The notes under the pieces were generated by a model. That model saw only the letters and a list, made by a program, of their open reading frames with translations, did not search any database and was not told where the DNA came from. From NCBI GenBank assembly GCA_027308685.1, contig DAIDEE010000005.1, positions 26-64,025 on the forward strand: 64,000 nt of DNA, read 5' to 3'. The DNA comes from Acidocella sp. Its GTDB lineage: Bacteria; Pseudomonadota; Alphaproteobacteria; Acetobacterales; Acetobacteraceae. The position numbers and the translations under genes were made by a program. How positions within the stretch are numbered: position 1 is the first letter of the stretch; each line of letters begins with the position of its first letter. Below, piece by piece: positions 17,971 to 27,499 of the stretch.

Positions 17971-19386
17971 TTATCCTCGGAGTTTGGCCAGGGCCGCGGT
18001 GAGGCGCGGGCGATTTGAAGTGACGACGTGGGTGGCGGGGTCGGCGAGCAGCGCTTCGACCGCGTCGGAACGGGCGATGATGCCCTCGCGCACGAAGGCT
18101 TCGTGGTTGGCCTCGATGCTGGCGAGGTCGTAAAGATAGTTGACCATGATGCCGTAGGATTCCGCCATGCCGCGCTCAGCAGGGTTGCCAAGCCAGTTGA
18201 TGCGCTCGAGGCGGGCACCATTGCCGAGGTGAAATTTGGCGACCGGGTCGCGGCCGGCTCCCGTGAGGTATCTGGCGCAGTGGCGAAGTGTGGTGGCTTG
18301 CAGGGCGGCGGAGGCTTGCGCGTCCAGCCACCAGCCTGGTTCGGCCAAGGCGGCTTTTTCGTCGTCGGGGAGGTGCTTTTCAGCCCAGGCACGCAAGCCC
18401 GGCACCGGTGAGAGGGTGGAGAATTGCGTGAGGTTAGGTAGTTCGGCTTTTAGCTCCTCGACCACCTGTTTGATGAGGAAATTGCCGAACGAGATGCCGC
18501 GCAAGCCGTCCTGGCAGTTGGAGATGGAGTAGAAAATCGCGGTGTCGGCGCCAGTGGCGCGGGCGCGTTGTTCGGCCTCATCGGTGTCGCGGGCCAGTAG
18601 GCTTTGCACGGAAGCGGCCAAGCCTTGCACCAAAGCGACCTCAACGAAGATCAGCGGCTCACCGGGCAAAGCCGGGTGGAAGAAGGCGAAGCAGCGGCGG
18701 TCCGCCGAGAGGCGGCGGCGCAAATCCTCCCAGCCGGCGATTTCATGCACGGCTTCGTAGGTGATGAGTTTTTCCAGCACGGCAGCGGGGGTTTGCCAGT
18801 CTATCCGGCGCAATTGCAAAAAGCCGCGGTTGAACCACGAGGAGAACAAATGCCGCAGGTCTGAATCGAGCGGTTTGAGGTCTGGGTGGGCACGCAGATA
18901 GGTTTGCATTTCCTTGCGCATGGCCACCAGCATGGCGGTGCCGCCGGGGGACATATTCATCCGGCGCAGTAATTCCTGGCGCAAAGGTTCGGCGGCGTCG
19001 GCCAGTTGGGTGGCGGTTTGAGAATCGGGGTTCGCGAGGTAGGCGCGGGCGGCCGCGGCGAGTTTTTCATCGTCCGGGGCGAAGTGGCTGGCGAGATATT
19101 TGTAAAAATCCAGCCGCTCGGTGGCTTCCAGCGTCGAGATGACGGCGTGTAATTCACGGGCGATGGCAGCGCCGGAGGCTTCGCCACGGCCTGAAATTAA
19201 CGCATCGGCCAGCATGGTGGCGCGTTGGCTGGGTTTGAGGGACGTAGGCGGCAGCGAGACGAAGCCACGCCCTCGGTCGGCGATGTTGGACCAGAAGCGG
19301 TTGACGCCGAGGCGATCGAGCCAGGAGCGGCCAAAGGCCTGTTTTTCCTTTGGTTTATCATTGGTGACGGTGCGCGATTCGGGCAT
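17971..19386 (-). CDS. Malonyl-CoA decarboxylase
   Basis: SWFNRGFL, YEAVHEI, DRRCFAFFHP, FYSISNCQ and DPVAKFHLGNGA. Confidence 0.92.
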   Translation of the reverse strand: MPESRTVTNDKPKEKQAFGRSWLDRLGVNRFWSNIADRGRGFVSLPPTSLKPSQRATMLADALISGRGEASGAAIARELHAVISTLEATERLDFYKYLASHFAPDDEKLAAAARAYLANPDSQTATQLADAAEPLRQELLRRMNMSPGGTAMLVAMRKEMQTYLRAHPDLKPLDSDLRHLFSSWFNRGFLQLRRIDWQTPAAVLEKLITYEAVHEIAGWEDLRRRLSADRRCFAFFHPALPGEPLIFVEVALVQGLAASVQSLLARDTDEAEQRARATGADTAIFYSISNCQDGLRGISFGNFLIKQVVEELKAELPNLTQFSTLSPVPGLRAWAEKHLPDDEKAALAEPGWWLDAQASAALQATTLRHCARYLTGAGRDPVAKFHLGNGARLERINWLGNPAERGMAESYGIMVNYLYDLASIEANHEAFVREGIIARSDAVEALLADPATHVVTSNRPRLTAALAKLRG

Positions 19387-19477
19387 CGGCTGGTTCCTTC
19401 GGTATTCAGACGCTTGATAGCGCCTCGTCAGATGTTTACGGAATCTACCTAAGAATCAGGCGTATGAACAGGCTGCG

Positions 19478-19690
19478 TTAGGTGAGGCTGGCAATGCGGT
19501 CTGGCCCATAGTGGTTGGGGCCGGGGGTGCCGCGCGAGCACCACTAGACCAGCAGGATGATCCAGCCGACGACAGGGATAAAGCCCAGCAGGAGCCACCA
19601 GCCGGATTTATCCAGATCGTGCAAACGGCGCACCTGCACGGTCAAGCCCGGCAGGAAGAGCGCGACCGCAAGCAAAAACTCCGGTTGCAA
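19478..19690 (-). pseudogene. DUF805 (YhaH/YhaI-like) membrane protein remnant
   Basis: Translates LFLPGLTVQVRRLHDLDKSGWWLLLGFIPVVGWIILLV*WCSRGTPGPNHYG. In-frame TAG at 19544-19546 and no N-terminal half. Confidence 0.82.
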
Positions 19691-19700
19691 ACGTTGTTAT

Positions 19701-19752
19701 AAAACATCCGCGCCCTGAAACATCCGCGCCCTGGGCGGGACGCGGATGTTTT
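19701..19752 (-). terminator. Terminator of the autotransporter gene with a 16-bp tandem duplication
   Basis: AAACATCCGCGCCCTG occurs twice (19702-19733) and pairs with GGGACGCGGATGTTTT. Confidence 0.6.
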
Positions 19753-19766
19753 GTGATGACGGTTCG

Positions 19767-21740
19767 TTAAAAGCTGTAGCGCAAATTCGCTGAAAGCTGA
19801 TGATCCTCACCGTCTGATTTTGCAACGGTTGTGGCGAAATCAGCGCTTAATGAGAGCCTTGGGCTTAACGCCGCGGTGACACCACCACGGAGTTCCGCCC
19901 AGACATGGGTGGTTTTGGGGTATGACGAGGTCAGGCTCACGCCGGGTTCGTCGGTGAACACGCTGGTGAAATTGCCGCCGTTTCCTGAAACCAGGTCATT
20001 GATGGTGACGTTGACATGAGGACGAAGCACCGCACGACCCAGCGTTAGCTCGGTGGAACCTGCGAGGCCGGCATCGGCGATGACGCGCTGGTAATCCTGG
20101 GCGCTCACTGATTGGATCAGAGCAGCGTCACCGGATTCGGTGTAGGCGTTGATATGCGCGTTGGCGGCGTCGATGCCCGCAATCGGGCCGAAGGCGAAGT
20201 TGCGAACATGCATGACATAGCCGGTATCCATACCAAAATCATAGGTGCTGCCGCCGGGTTTGGCGGTGATGTTGCCGGCCAGCACGCCGGGGCGGGTGTT
20301 GTTGTAGCTATCAATACCGTAGGCGAATTTCAGGTTCAGGAAAAAGCTCGGCTGATAGAAGGTGGCATAGGCGCCGAACTGATAGGCATTGGAGGAAACC
20401 TTGCTGCCATATTGCACAGTGCCGTTGTTGGTGCCGTAACCCAGTGCCGCGCCGATGGCGATACCATTGGCGATGCGGTCATCCACACCGAGCGCGAAGC
20501 TAGCGACGTTGTAGGTGAAGCTGCTGGTGACAGCGGTTTGGTTGCGATTACCAAAACCGTAACTTCCTGAGAGAAAGCCTGAGAGTTTACCAACTTGGGC
20601 GGCCGGTGCGGCGTCATTGGCGCCGAGTTCGGCCACCATGTTCTGCTGCGGTAAATTCAACGCAAAGCCACTGGCACCGGCTTGCAAATCATCCATCCGC
20701 GCACCGAGTTGGGAGGAGAATGCCGCCTGGCCGTCGGCGGCGATCTGCGCCGGGGCCGTTAGGGCACGCAATGCATTCAAATCAGCGGCGGCATATTCGG
20801 CGATGAATTGATGAATGCCGGCGGTGGGGTGCACGCCGTCCCAGAACAGGTAAGTATCCTGTGTGGCCGTAGTGCCGGTGAGGCAGGCGGTGACGGTGAC
20901 GCAGGCGGTGGTGGTGTTGGTGATGCCATAAGCGGCAGGATTAGCCAGCACCTCGTTGAACAACTGCTGTTCATTCACCACGATGATGTTGGCACCTGTG
21001 GCGCTATGAAGTGCGCCCATCGCGAATGATAGACCTTGGTCATGCGCGATTGAAATACCGTCAACCGCCTGAATGGTTGGCAGCGGCGCGGTGTTGAAAT
21101 TCGGCGTGAAGCCCAGCAATGGCAGGTCTTGCACGATAAGGGTTTTGGCCCCGAGAGAGATTAACCCGGCGACGCCGGTTTGGATCTGGGTAATATCCTG
21201 CGTCACTGCCGCTGTGATGATCGCGGTGGCAGCAGCCTGCGAGGTTGCCGTGGCGAGCGCTTTAGCCGCAACGAAATAATTATTGGCCCCCACCCAGACA
21301 CCCACCACATCGCCCGCGCCGAAATGGCCGCCGGCGGCAGCGAAATTAGTGACCTCCTCATCGAAGCTGGGCAATGCTGCGGGCACTGTAGGTGACCCAT
21401 AAGATACGTTTGTAAGATTATTGAACGTAACACCGCCAAGTACCAGTGGCCCGGCGAAGGCACCGCCGACCGCGACATCATTGGCGGCGGTGAAGGACAG
21501 GCCCGTCAGCCCCGGCAGTATTTCCGCCCAGGTGGGGCCGTTGGAAAACCGGCCATTGTCGTAATAGGGCGCCAAAGCGCCCTCGATCGCAGAGAAGGGT
21601 ACGCCATAAACCCGGGGGATATTGCCGTTATCGACCAGACTATCACCAAACCCATAAAAACTGCCGGCGTGGGCGGCAACCGGCGACAGGCAAGTGGCGG
21701 CAAACAGCAGGGGCGCAAAATGGCGCGAGATTTTTTTCAT
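19767..21740 (-). CDS. GDSL esterase autotransporter (EstA/ApeE-like)
   Basis: Signal peptide, FGDSL, GRFSNG, GANNY, WDGVHPT catalytic blocks, and a C-terminal beta-barrel ending in YSF. Confidence 0.9.
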   Translation of the reverse strand: MKKISRHFAPLLFAATCLSPVAAHAGSFYGFGDSLVDNGNIPRVYGVPFSAIEGALAPYYDNGRFSNGPTWAEILPGLTGLSFTAANDVAVGGAFAGPLVLGGVTFNNLTNVSYGSPTVPAALPSFDEEVTNFAAAGGHFGAGDVVGVWVGANNYFVAAKALATATSQAAATAIITAAVTQDITQIQTGVAGLISLGAKTLIVQDLPLLGFTPNFNTAPLPTIQAVDGISIAHDQGLSFAMGALHSATGANIIVVNEQQLFNEVLANPAAYGITNTTTACVTVTACLTGTTATQDTYLFWDGVHPTAGIHQFIAEYAAADLNALRALTAPAQIAADGQAAFSSQLGARMDDLQAGASGFALNLPQQNMVAELGANDAAPAAQVGKLSGFLSGSYGFGNRNQTAVTSSFTYNVASFALGVDDRIANGIAIGAALGYGTNNGTVQYGSKVSSNAYQFGAYATFYQPSFFLNLKFAYGIDSYNNTRPGVLAGNITAKPGGSTYDFGMDTGYVMHVRNFAFGPIAGIDAANAHINAYTESGDAALIQSVSAQDYQRVIADAGLAGSTELTLGRAVLRPHVNVTINDLVSGNGGNFTSVFTDEPGVSLTSSYPKTTHVWAELRGGVTAALSPRLSLSADFATTVAKSDGEDHQLSANLRYSF

Positions 21741-21841
21741 GACGACATCCCTATTTCGTACGTTTATTTAATATAACGCTTACGTAAGATAAGGTATGCG
21801 AACGTCAATATGTTCGTCAATGAAATAATGCGGAGATGTGA

Positions 21842-24646
21842 TTACGCGGCGTTGGCCCGGCGTTTTGGGGTTGCCAGCGGCGGCGGGTCTTCGGCGGTCG
21901 GGGTTAGGGCCTCCAGCAGGGCGTTGCGTAACTGCGCCAGTTTACGCTCGTTCTCGATCTTCATGCCGAACACGTCTTTGACATAGAATACGTCAACGGC
22001 ACGAACACCGTAGGTGGTAACATGCGCCGAGGCGATTTGCAGGCCCTCATCGCTGATCGCGGCGGTGACATCGTGGAGCAGGCCAGGCCGGTCACGGCCG
22101 TTGACCTCGATGACGGTATGGCGGTTCGAGGCGCGGTTATCGACCACCACGCGGGGCGGCACATGAATAGCGCGCATCCGGCCCGGCAGCAGGCTGCGGG
22201 TGGCTTTGCGAATTTCGGCGCTGAGTTTGAGGCGGCCTTCAAGAGCCTGTTCCACCAGGGTGGAAAGCCGGGCCAGACGGTGCGGGGCATCGTAGGGGCC
22301 GCCTGCGGCGTCCTGAATCCAGAAGGTGTCCAGCGCCATGCCATCAGTGAGGGTATGGATACGCGCATCGACGATTGAGGCACCCGCGATGGCCAGTGCG
22401 CCGGCGATACGGCTGAACAGCCCCGCATGGTCGGCGGTGTAAACCACCACTTCGGTCACGGCGCGGGCGGGCAATGGCTCGGCGTGCACGGTGAGTTGCG
22501 CGTTGCGGGATTTAGCATCGCGGATCATGCGGGCATGGCGCTCGATGCTTTCGGGGTCGAACCCGAGCCAGTAGCTAGGGTAGCCGAGCGAGAGAAATTC
22601 CTCGCGCGCGGCGGCGGGCCAATCGGCCAGCATGTCGCCCACAACATCCTTGACGCGGCTGATACGAGCGTCGCGCTCGGTGGTGGACAGCCCGCCTTCG
22701 AGCACTTCCGCCACCCTTGCGTAGAGTTCGCGCAACAGCGTGGCTTTCCAGCCGTTCCAGACTTTCGGGGAAACCGCACGGATATCCGAGACAGTAAGGA
22801 TGAGGAGCAAGCGCAACCGCTCGGGCGACTGGATGGTGTCGGCGAGGTCGAGGATGGTTTTGGGGTCGTCGATGTCGCGGGAGAAGGCGGTTTGGCTGAG
22901 GAGTAAATGGTGCAAAATCAGCCAGGAGGCCATTTCGGTCTCCTCGGCGGTGAGGCCCAGGGTGGGGCCGACATGCAAAGCGATTTCGGCACCGAGCTCG
23001 GAATGGTCACCGCCCCGGCCTTTGGCGATATCGTGCAGGAGCAGTGCCACATATAAAGCGCGGCGCGATTGCACCTGCTCCATCAGCTCGCTCGCCACTG
23101 GGGCAATTTGCGAGAGGTCGCCAGCTTCGATGGTGTTGAGGACTTTGATGGCCTGCACGGTATGAACATCGACGGTATAGACATGGTACGTGTCGAACTG
23201 CATTTGCCCGACGATGCGCCGCCAGTCAGGCAGATAGCGCCCAAGCACGCCGGTTTCGTTCAACAATGTCAGCCAACGGGCGGAATCACAGGAACGCGCG
23301 CTGCCGTCTTTGTCCTCGCCGCCGCACAGCAGGTTGAGGAACAAGGCGGCGGCTTGCTTGTTGCCACGCAAATCAGCCGCCAGGTTGGAACTGCGGATCA
23401 GCATCCGCAGCGCCAGCGGGTGCAATTCCAGATGGCGATCACGCGCGTTCAACAAAATGCGGAAAATACTGGTGGGGTCGGATTCCGGCTCGTGCCCCGG
23501 GGCGAATAAAATTTTGCCGTCGGCCAGCACAAAGCCGGTTTCCAGTAAGGCGGCATCGGTGGTTTTGGCGATCGCGGGCGGGCCGAGGGCGGCGCGGATC
23601 AAGGCAGGTTCCAGCACGCCTGTCACCCGCGCCACTTCACGCACCACCAGGAAGTAATGACGCATGAAACGCTCAACACCATCCTGGCGGCCATGCTTGG
23701 TGTAGCCCATGCGGGCACCCACCACCGGCTGAAAGTCGAACGTTAGACGTTCCTCGGCGCGGCCGGCGACGTAATGCAGGTGGAACCGCACGGTCCAGAG
23801 ATATTCCCAGGCGCGTTTGCAGGCGCGGGCTTCGGTTTCAGTGAGAATCCCGCCGCCGGGGGCGTCCTTGCCGACCAATTCGGTCATGGCGAAGGTGTTG
23901 AAGACATAGCGCGACAGCCAATACAGGGTTTGCAAATCCCTGAGCCCCCCCCTGCCCTCCTTCACATTGGGCTCGACCATGAAAGGGGTTTCGCCGAAGC
24001 GGCGATGGCGGGCCGCGCGCTCGGATTGCTTGGCTGTGATGTATTCCGCCGGACCATCGGCGGCGCAGTCAGCACGGAAGGCTTTCTGGAAGTCGGCGAA
24101 CAGCGGACGGTCGCCACATAAGCAGCGGGCATCGAGCAGGCTGGTGCGGATGGTCACATCGCCCTTGGCTTCCGCCAGACATTCCTGGATCGAGCGGGTG
24201 GCGTGGCCGACCTTCAACCCGAGGTCCCACAGGAAATACAAAATAAACTCGACCGCGCGTTCCACCCGCTCGGGGGCTTTGGTGTCGGTGAGGAACAGCA
24301 GGTCGATATCAGAGAACGGCGCTAAGGTTGCGCGGCCATAACCGCCGGTGGCGGCCATCGCCAGACGGTCGGATTTTTCGATCGGCAGGATCGCCAGGGC
24401 GTAACCGAACAAGGATTGCAGCAGCTCATCCATCAGCCCGGCGTGCAAACGCCCGGCGGCGAGGCCGTTGATGTTGTCGCGCTCAAAACGGATTTGGACG
24501 TGCGACTGGATGCGGCCCAATTGGCGGCGGAACACCGAGAGAGCCATTTCGCGCGTTGGAGGGGCGGTCAGTGGCACCAACTCCGCCAGGGCGAGGGCAA
24601 TTTCGGGCGGCTTGTGCGACACAGCGGTTGAATTTGGCATGTCCAT
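21842..24646 (-). CDS. glnD: [Protein-PII] uridylyltransferase
   Basis: GGYGR...SDIDLLF, NVKEGRGGLRD, HD domain (LLHDIAKG) and two ACT domains. Confidence 0.96.
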   Translation of the reverse strand: MDMPNSTAVSHKPPEIALALAELVPLTAPPTREMALSVFRRQLGRIQSHVQIRFERDNINGLAAGRLHAGLMDELLQSLFGYALAILPIEKSDRLAMAATGGYGRATLAPFSDIDLLFLTDTKAPERVERAVEFILYFLWDLGLKVGHATRSIQECLAEAKGDVTIRTSLLDARCLCGDRPLFADFQKAFRADCAADGPAEYITAKQSERAARHRRFGETPFMVEPNVKEGRGGLRDLQTLYWLSRYVFNTFAMTELVGKDAPGGGILTETEARACKRAWEYLWTVRFHLHYVAGRAEERLTFDFQPVVGARMGYTKHGRQDGVERFMRHYFLVVREVARVTGVLEPALIRAALGPPAIAKTTDAALLETGFVLADGKILFAPGHEPESDPTSIFRILLNARDRHLELHPLALRMLIRSSNLAADLRGNKQAAALFLNLLCGGEDKDGSARSCDSARWLTLLNETGVLGRYLPDWRRIVGQMQFDTYHVYTVDVHTVQAIKVLNTIEAGDLSQIAPVASELMEQVQSRRALYVALLLHDIAKGRGGDHSELGAEIALHVGPTLGLTAEETEMASWLILHHLLLSQTAFSRDIDDPKTILDLADTIQSPERLRLLLILTVSDIRAVSPKVWNGWKATLLRELYARVAEVLEGGLSTTERDARISRVKDVVGDMLADWPAAAREEFLSLGYPSYWLGFDPESIERHARMIRDAKSRNAQLTVHAEPLPARAVTEVVVYTADHAGLFSRIAGALAIAGASIVDARIHTLTDGMALDTFWIQDAAGGPYDAPHRLARLSTLVEQALEGRLKLSAEIRKATRSLLPGRMRAIHVPPRVVVDNRASNRHTVIEVNGRDRPGLLHDVTAAISDEGLQIASAHVTTYGVRAVDVFYVKDVFGMKIENERKLAQLRNALLEALTPTAEDPPPLATPKRRANAA

Positions 24647-24650
24647 TATT

Positions 24651-27248
24651 TTAGCTTGCCTTATCCCGAAGCGCCATCAACTTCGCGCGTAGCTCATATA
24701 ACGCGGCGTGGGCCTCACGCGGGGTCATCTGATCGGGGTCGAGTGCTGCAAGTTCGGTTTCTATGGCTGTATCCGCCGCTGTTTCAGTGGAGGCAAAGAG
24801 TGGCAACATTCCAGGGGCAGGTCCAGTACGTTCCGCTGCTTTTAATAACAATTCTGCGCGTTTTGCGACACTTTCGGGCACCCCGGCCAAGCGCGCCACA
24901 TGTACACCCCAGCTTCGCTGCGCGGCCCCAGCCGCCACTTCATGCATGAATACCACTTCGCCCCGCCATTCTTTCACCCGCATCGTGCACGCCTGCAAAC
25001 GCGGCAATGCTTCAGAAAACTGACTTAGCTCATGGAAATGTGTGGCAAATATGGCGCGGCAACGGATGTTACCGTGCAACGCTTCCAATACCGCCTGGGC
25101 GATGGCCAAACCGTCGCGCGTGCCGGTGCCGCGGCCGATCTCATCGACGATGACAAAGCTTTTGGGACCAGCCTGATGCAGAATGGCGGCGGCCTCGATC
25201 ATCTCGACCATGAAAGTGGAGCGGCCGCTGGCGAGGTCATCGGCCCCGCCGACGCGCGAGAATAGACGATCAACGAGGCCGAGGCGCATGGCCTCAGCAG
25301 GGACCGGCAGGCCAGACTGGGCGAGGATGGTCAGCAACGCATTTTGGCGCAGAAACGTGGATTTACCGGCCATGTTGGGGCCGGTCAGCAGCATCAGCCG
25401 CTGCGGGGGGGAGAGGTCGCAATGGTTGGGCACAAAGCCGACGCCGGGGAGAAGGGCGGCTTCCACCACCGGATGCCGGCCAGCGGTGATCTCAAAGGCT
25501 TCATCATCGGATAGCGTGGGCTGGCACCAGCGGTTGTTGGCGGCCAGGGATGCTGCGGATTGTAAAACATCCAACAGTGCCAGCGCCTCGGCGCAGCCAG
25601 CCAGGGCTTCGGCGACGGCCAGGACTTGTTTGATCAGCCAGTGAAATACCAGCTTTTCACGCAGCATGGCGCGGCTGGCGGCTTCCGAAATGCGCTGGTC
25701 GAGGGCCGATAGTTCCGGGTGGGTGAAGCGGGCACCGTTGGCCATGCCCTGCCGCAGTATGAGCTCGGGGTTTTCACGCAATTTTTCAACCGCCACGGCG
25801 GGGGCTTCCACAACATAGCCTAACTGCGCGTGGTGACGGATTTTTAAGGAGGCCACGCCGTAGCGGGTGGCAAGCTCGGTCTGGAACGCAGCGATCACCT
25901 GCCTGGTGTCGTCGCGCAGAGAGCGCTCGGCGTCGAGTTCGGCATCAAAGCCGGGTTTGACGGCGGTGCCTTCCTCGAGTTTGAGGGGAGCCGGTTCAGC
26001 CAGGGCGGTCGCCAAGGTTTCGGCGAGGCCGGGGGCGGGGGCCAGGGCTTTTGCCGCGCTGTCAAACAACCCGACGCCGGTGGGCAGGAGCGCGGCGGCC
26101 TGGGCAGCGGCCTCCAGCGCCCCGCGCACGGCGGCCAGATCCCGCGGTCCGGCGCGGTGGAGGGCGATGCGAGCCAGAGCGCGGGCGAGGTCGGGCGCGC
26201 CGCGCAGGCAAAGCCGCAGCCCCTCAAGCGCGGCCGGGGCATCGCGCAAGGCCAGCCAGCCGGTCTGGCGTGATTGCAAGGCCGCGAGGTCGGTGATCGG
26301 GGCGGCCAACCACGAGGCTAATTTGCGCGCCCCCGCCGCGCTGACCGTGCGTTTGACCGCGCCCAGCAAGCTGCCTGCCTCGGCCCCGCTGCGGGCGCGG
26401 GTGATTTCCAGGCTGGCGCGGGTGGCGGCGTCCATCAGCAAATAGCCGGACCCGCCCGCTGAAACCGGGCGCGACAGCCGGGGCATGGCACCCATCTGGG
26501 TGGCTTTGACATAGGCCAACGCGGTGGCGGCGGCCAGCGCCTCGGCATCGGTGAACACCCCGAACGCCTCCAGGCTGGCGGCCCCGAAGGCTGCTGCCAG
26601 ATCGCGCCGCGCGGTGGCGGGTTGGCTGGGCGTTTGCATGGCAAGGCCGCCAGAGGCCACCCGGCGGCGGGCATAATGGCCCAAATCCACGCTCTCCGGG
26701 GCCAGAATTTCAGCGGGTTCAACCCGGCCCAGCAACGCCGCCAGACTGCCCGCATCGCAAGCCTGGGTTTCAAACAGCCCGGTGGAAATATCCAGCCAGG
26801 CCAGCGCCATTTCAGCGGTTGTTTGCGCCACCACCGCCAGAAAATTCGCCTGGCCGGCTTCCAGCAAACTCTCCTCTGTCAACGTGCCCGGCGTGACCAG
26901 CCGGACCACCGCGCGCGCCAGCGGCCCCTTGGCCCCCCGGGCCTTGGCCGCCGCCGGGTCCTCCATCTGCTCGACAATCGCCACCCTGAAGCCGCGCCGG
27001 ATCAGCCGCGCCAGATACACTTCGGCCTGCGAAACCGGCACCCCGCACATCGCAACCGGCACCCCCTGGTGACTGCCCCTTGCGGTCAGCGCGATGTCCA
27101 GCGCTGCCGAGGCCGCCTGCGCATCCTCGAAAAACAGCTCGTAAAAATCCCCCATCCGGAAAAACAGCAGCGCATCTGCATGGTCCGCCTTGATGGCAAA
27201 CCATTGCGCCATCGCCGGACTGGCACCCAAGGCAAGGTCTTTGTTCAT
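24651..27248 (-). CDS. mutS: DNA mismatch repair protein MutS
   Basis: FFRMGDFYELF, TGPNMAGKST, GRSTFMVEM and DEIGRGT. Likely start ATG 27248. Confidence 0.96.
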   Translation of the reverse strand: MNKDLALGASPAMAQWFAIKADHADALLFFRMGDFYELFFEDAQAASAALDIALTARGSHQGVPVAMCGVPVSQAEVYLARLIRRGFRVAIVEQMEDPAAAKARGAKGPLARAVVRLVTPGTLTEESLLEAGQANFLAVVAQTTAEMALAWLDISTGLFETQACDAGSLAALLGRVEPAEILAPESVDLGHYARRRVASGGLAMQTPSQPATARRDLAAAFGAASLEAFGVFTDAEALAAATALAYVKATQMGAMPRLSRPVSAGGSGYLLMDAATRASLEITRARSGAEAGSLLGAVKRTVSAAGARKLASWLAAPITDLAALQSRQTGWLALRDAPAALEGLRLCLRGAPDLARALARIALHRAGPRDLAAVRGALEAAAQAAALLPTGVGLFDSAAKALAPAPGLAETLATALAEPAPLKLEEGTAVKPGFDAELDAERSLRDDTRQVIAAFQTELATRYGVASLKIRHHAQLGYVVEAPAVAVEKLRENPELILRQGMANGARFTHPELSALDQRISEAASRAMLREKLVFHWLIKQVLAVAEALAGCAEALALLDVLQSAASLAANNRWCQPTLSDDEAFEITAGRHPVVEAALLPGVGFVPNHCDLSPPQRLMLLTGPNMAGKSTFLRQNALLTILAQSGLPVPAEAMRLGLVDRLFSRVGGADDLASGRSTFMVEMIEAAAILHQAGPKSFVIVDEIGRGTGTRDGLAIAQAVLEALHGNIRCRAIFATHFHELSQFSEALPRLQACTMRVKEWRGEVVFMHEVAAGAAQRSWGVHVARLAGVPESVAKRAELLLKAAERTGPAPGMLPLFASTETAADTAIETELAALDPDQMTPREAHAALYELRAKLMALRDKAS

Positions 27249-27499
27249 AAAAATGACTATACAAGTCAGGCGGCGTTGCGGAAGGGTGGCCAACCGGGCC
27301 GAGGGGCCTGGGCCCGTTTGCCACAATATTGAAGCGACACCCCGCACGGGACGGCAGTTAGACGCAGATAAGGCCCTTCATCATGCACGCGGCTGGAGTT
27401 GGTTTGCTGTTCATCAATTAAACTCTGGCCTTATTTTGGTGAGCCCAACCGGCGGGGGCATGGCGCAAGTGTTGCCATCACGCTCTGAGAGCCGATACA

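Noticed and set aside
19511-19702. 63 aa plus-strand ORF
   Set aside because: It is the antisense shadow of the DUF805 remnant
27249-27499. mutS N-terminal extension, the 27190-27510 plus-strand ORF, and a possible att site at the left border of the sugar locus
   Set aside because: No recognisable protein motif in any frame, and no direct repeat shared with the right border was found by eye
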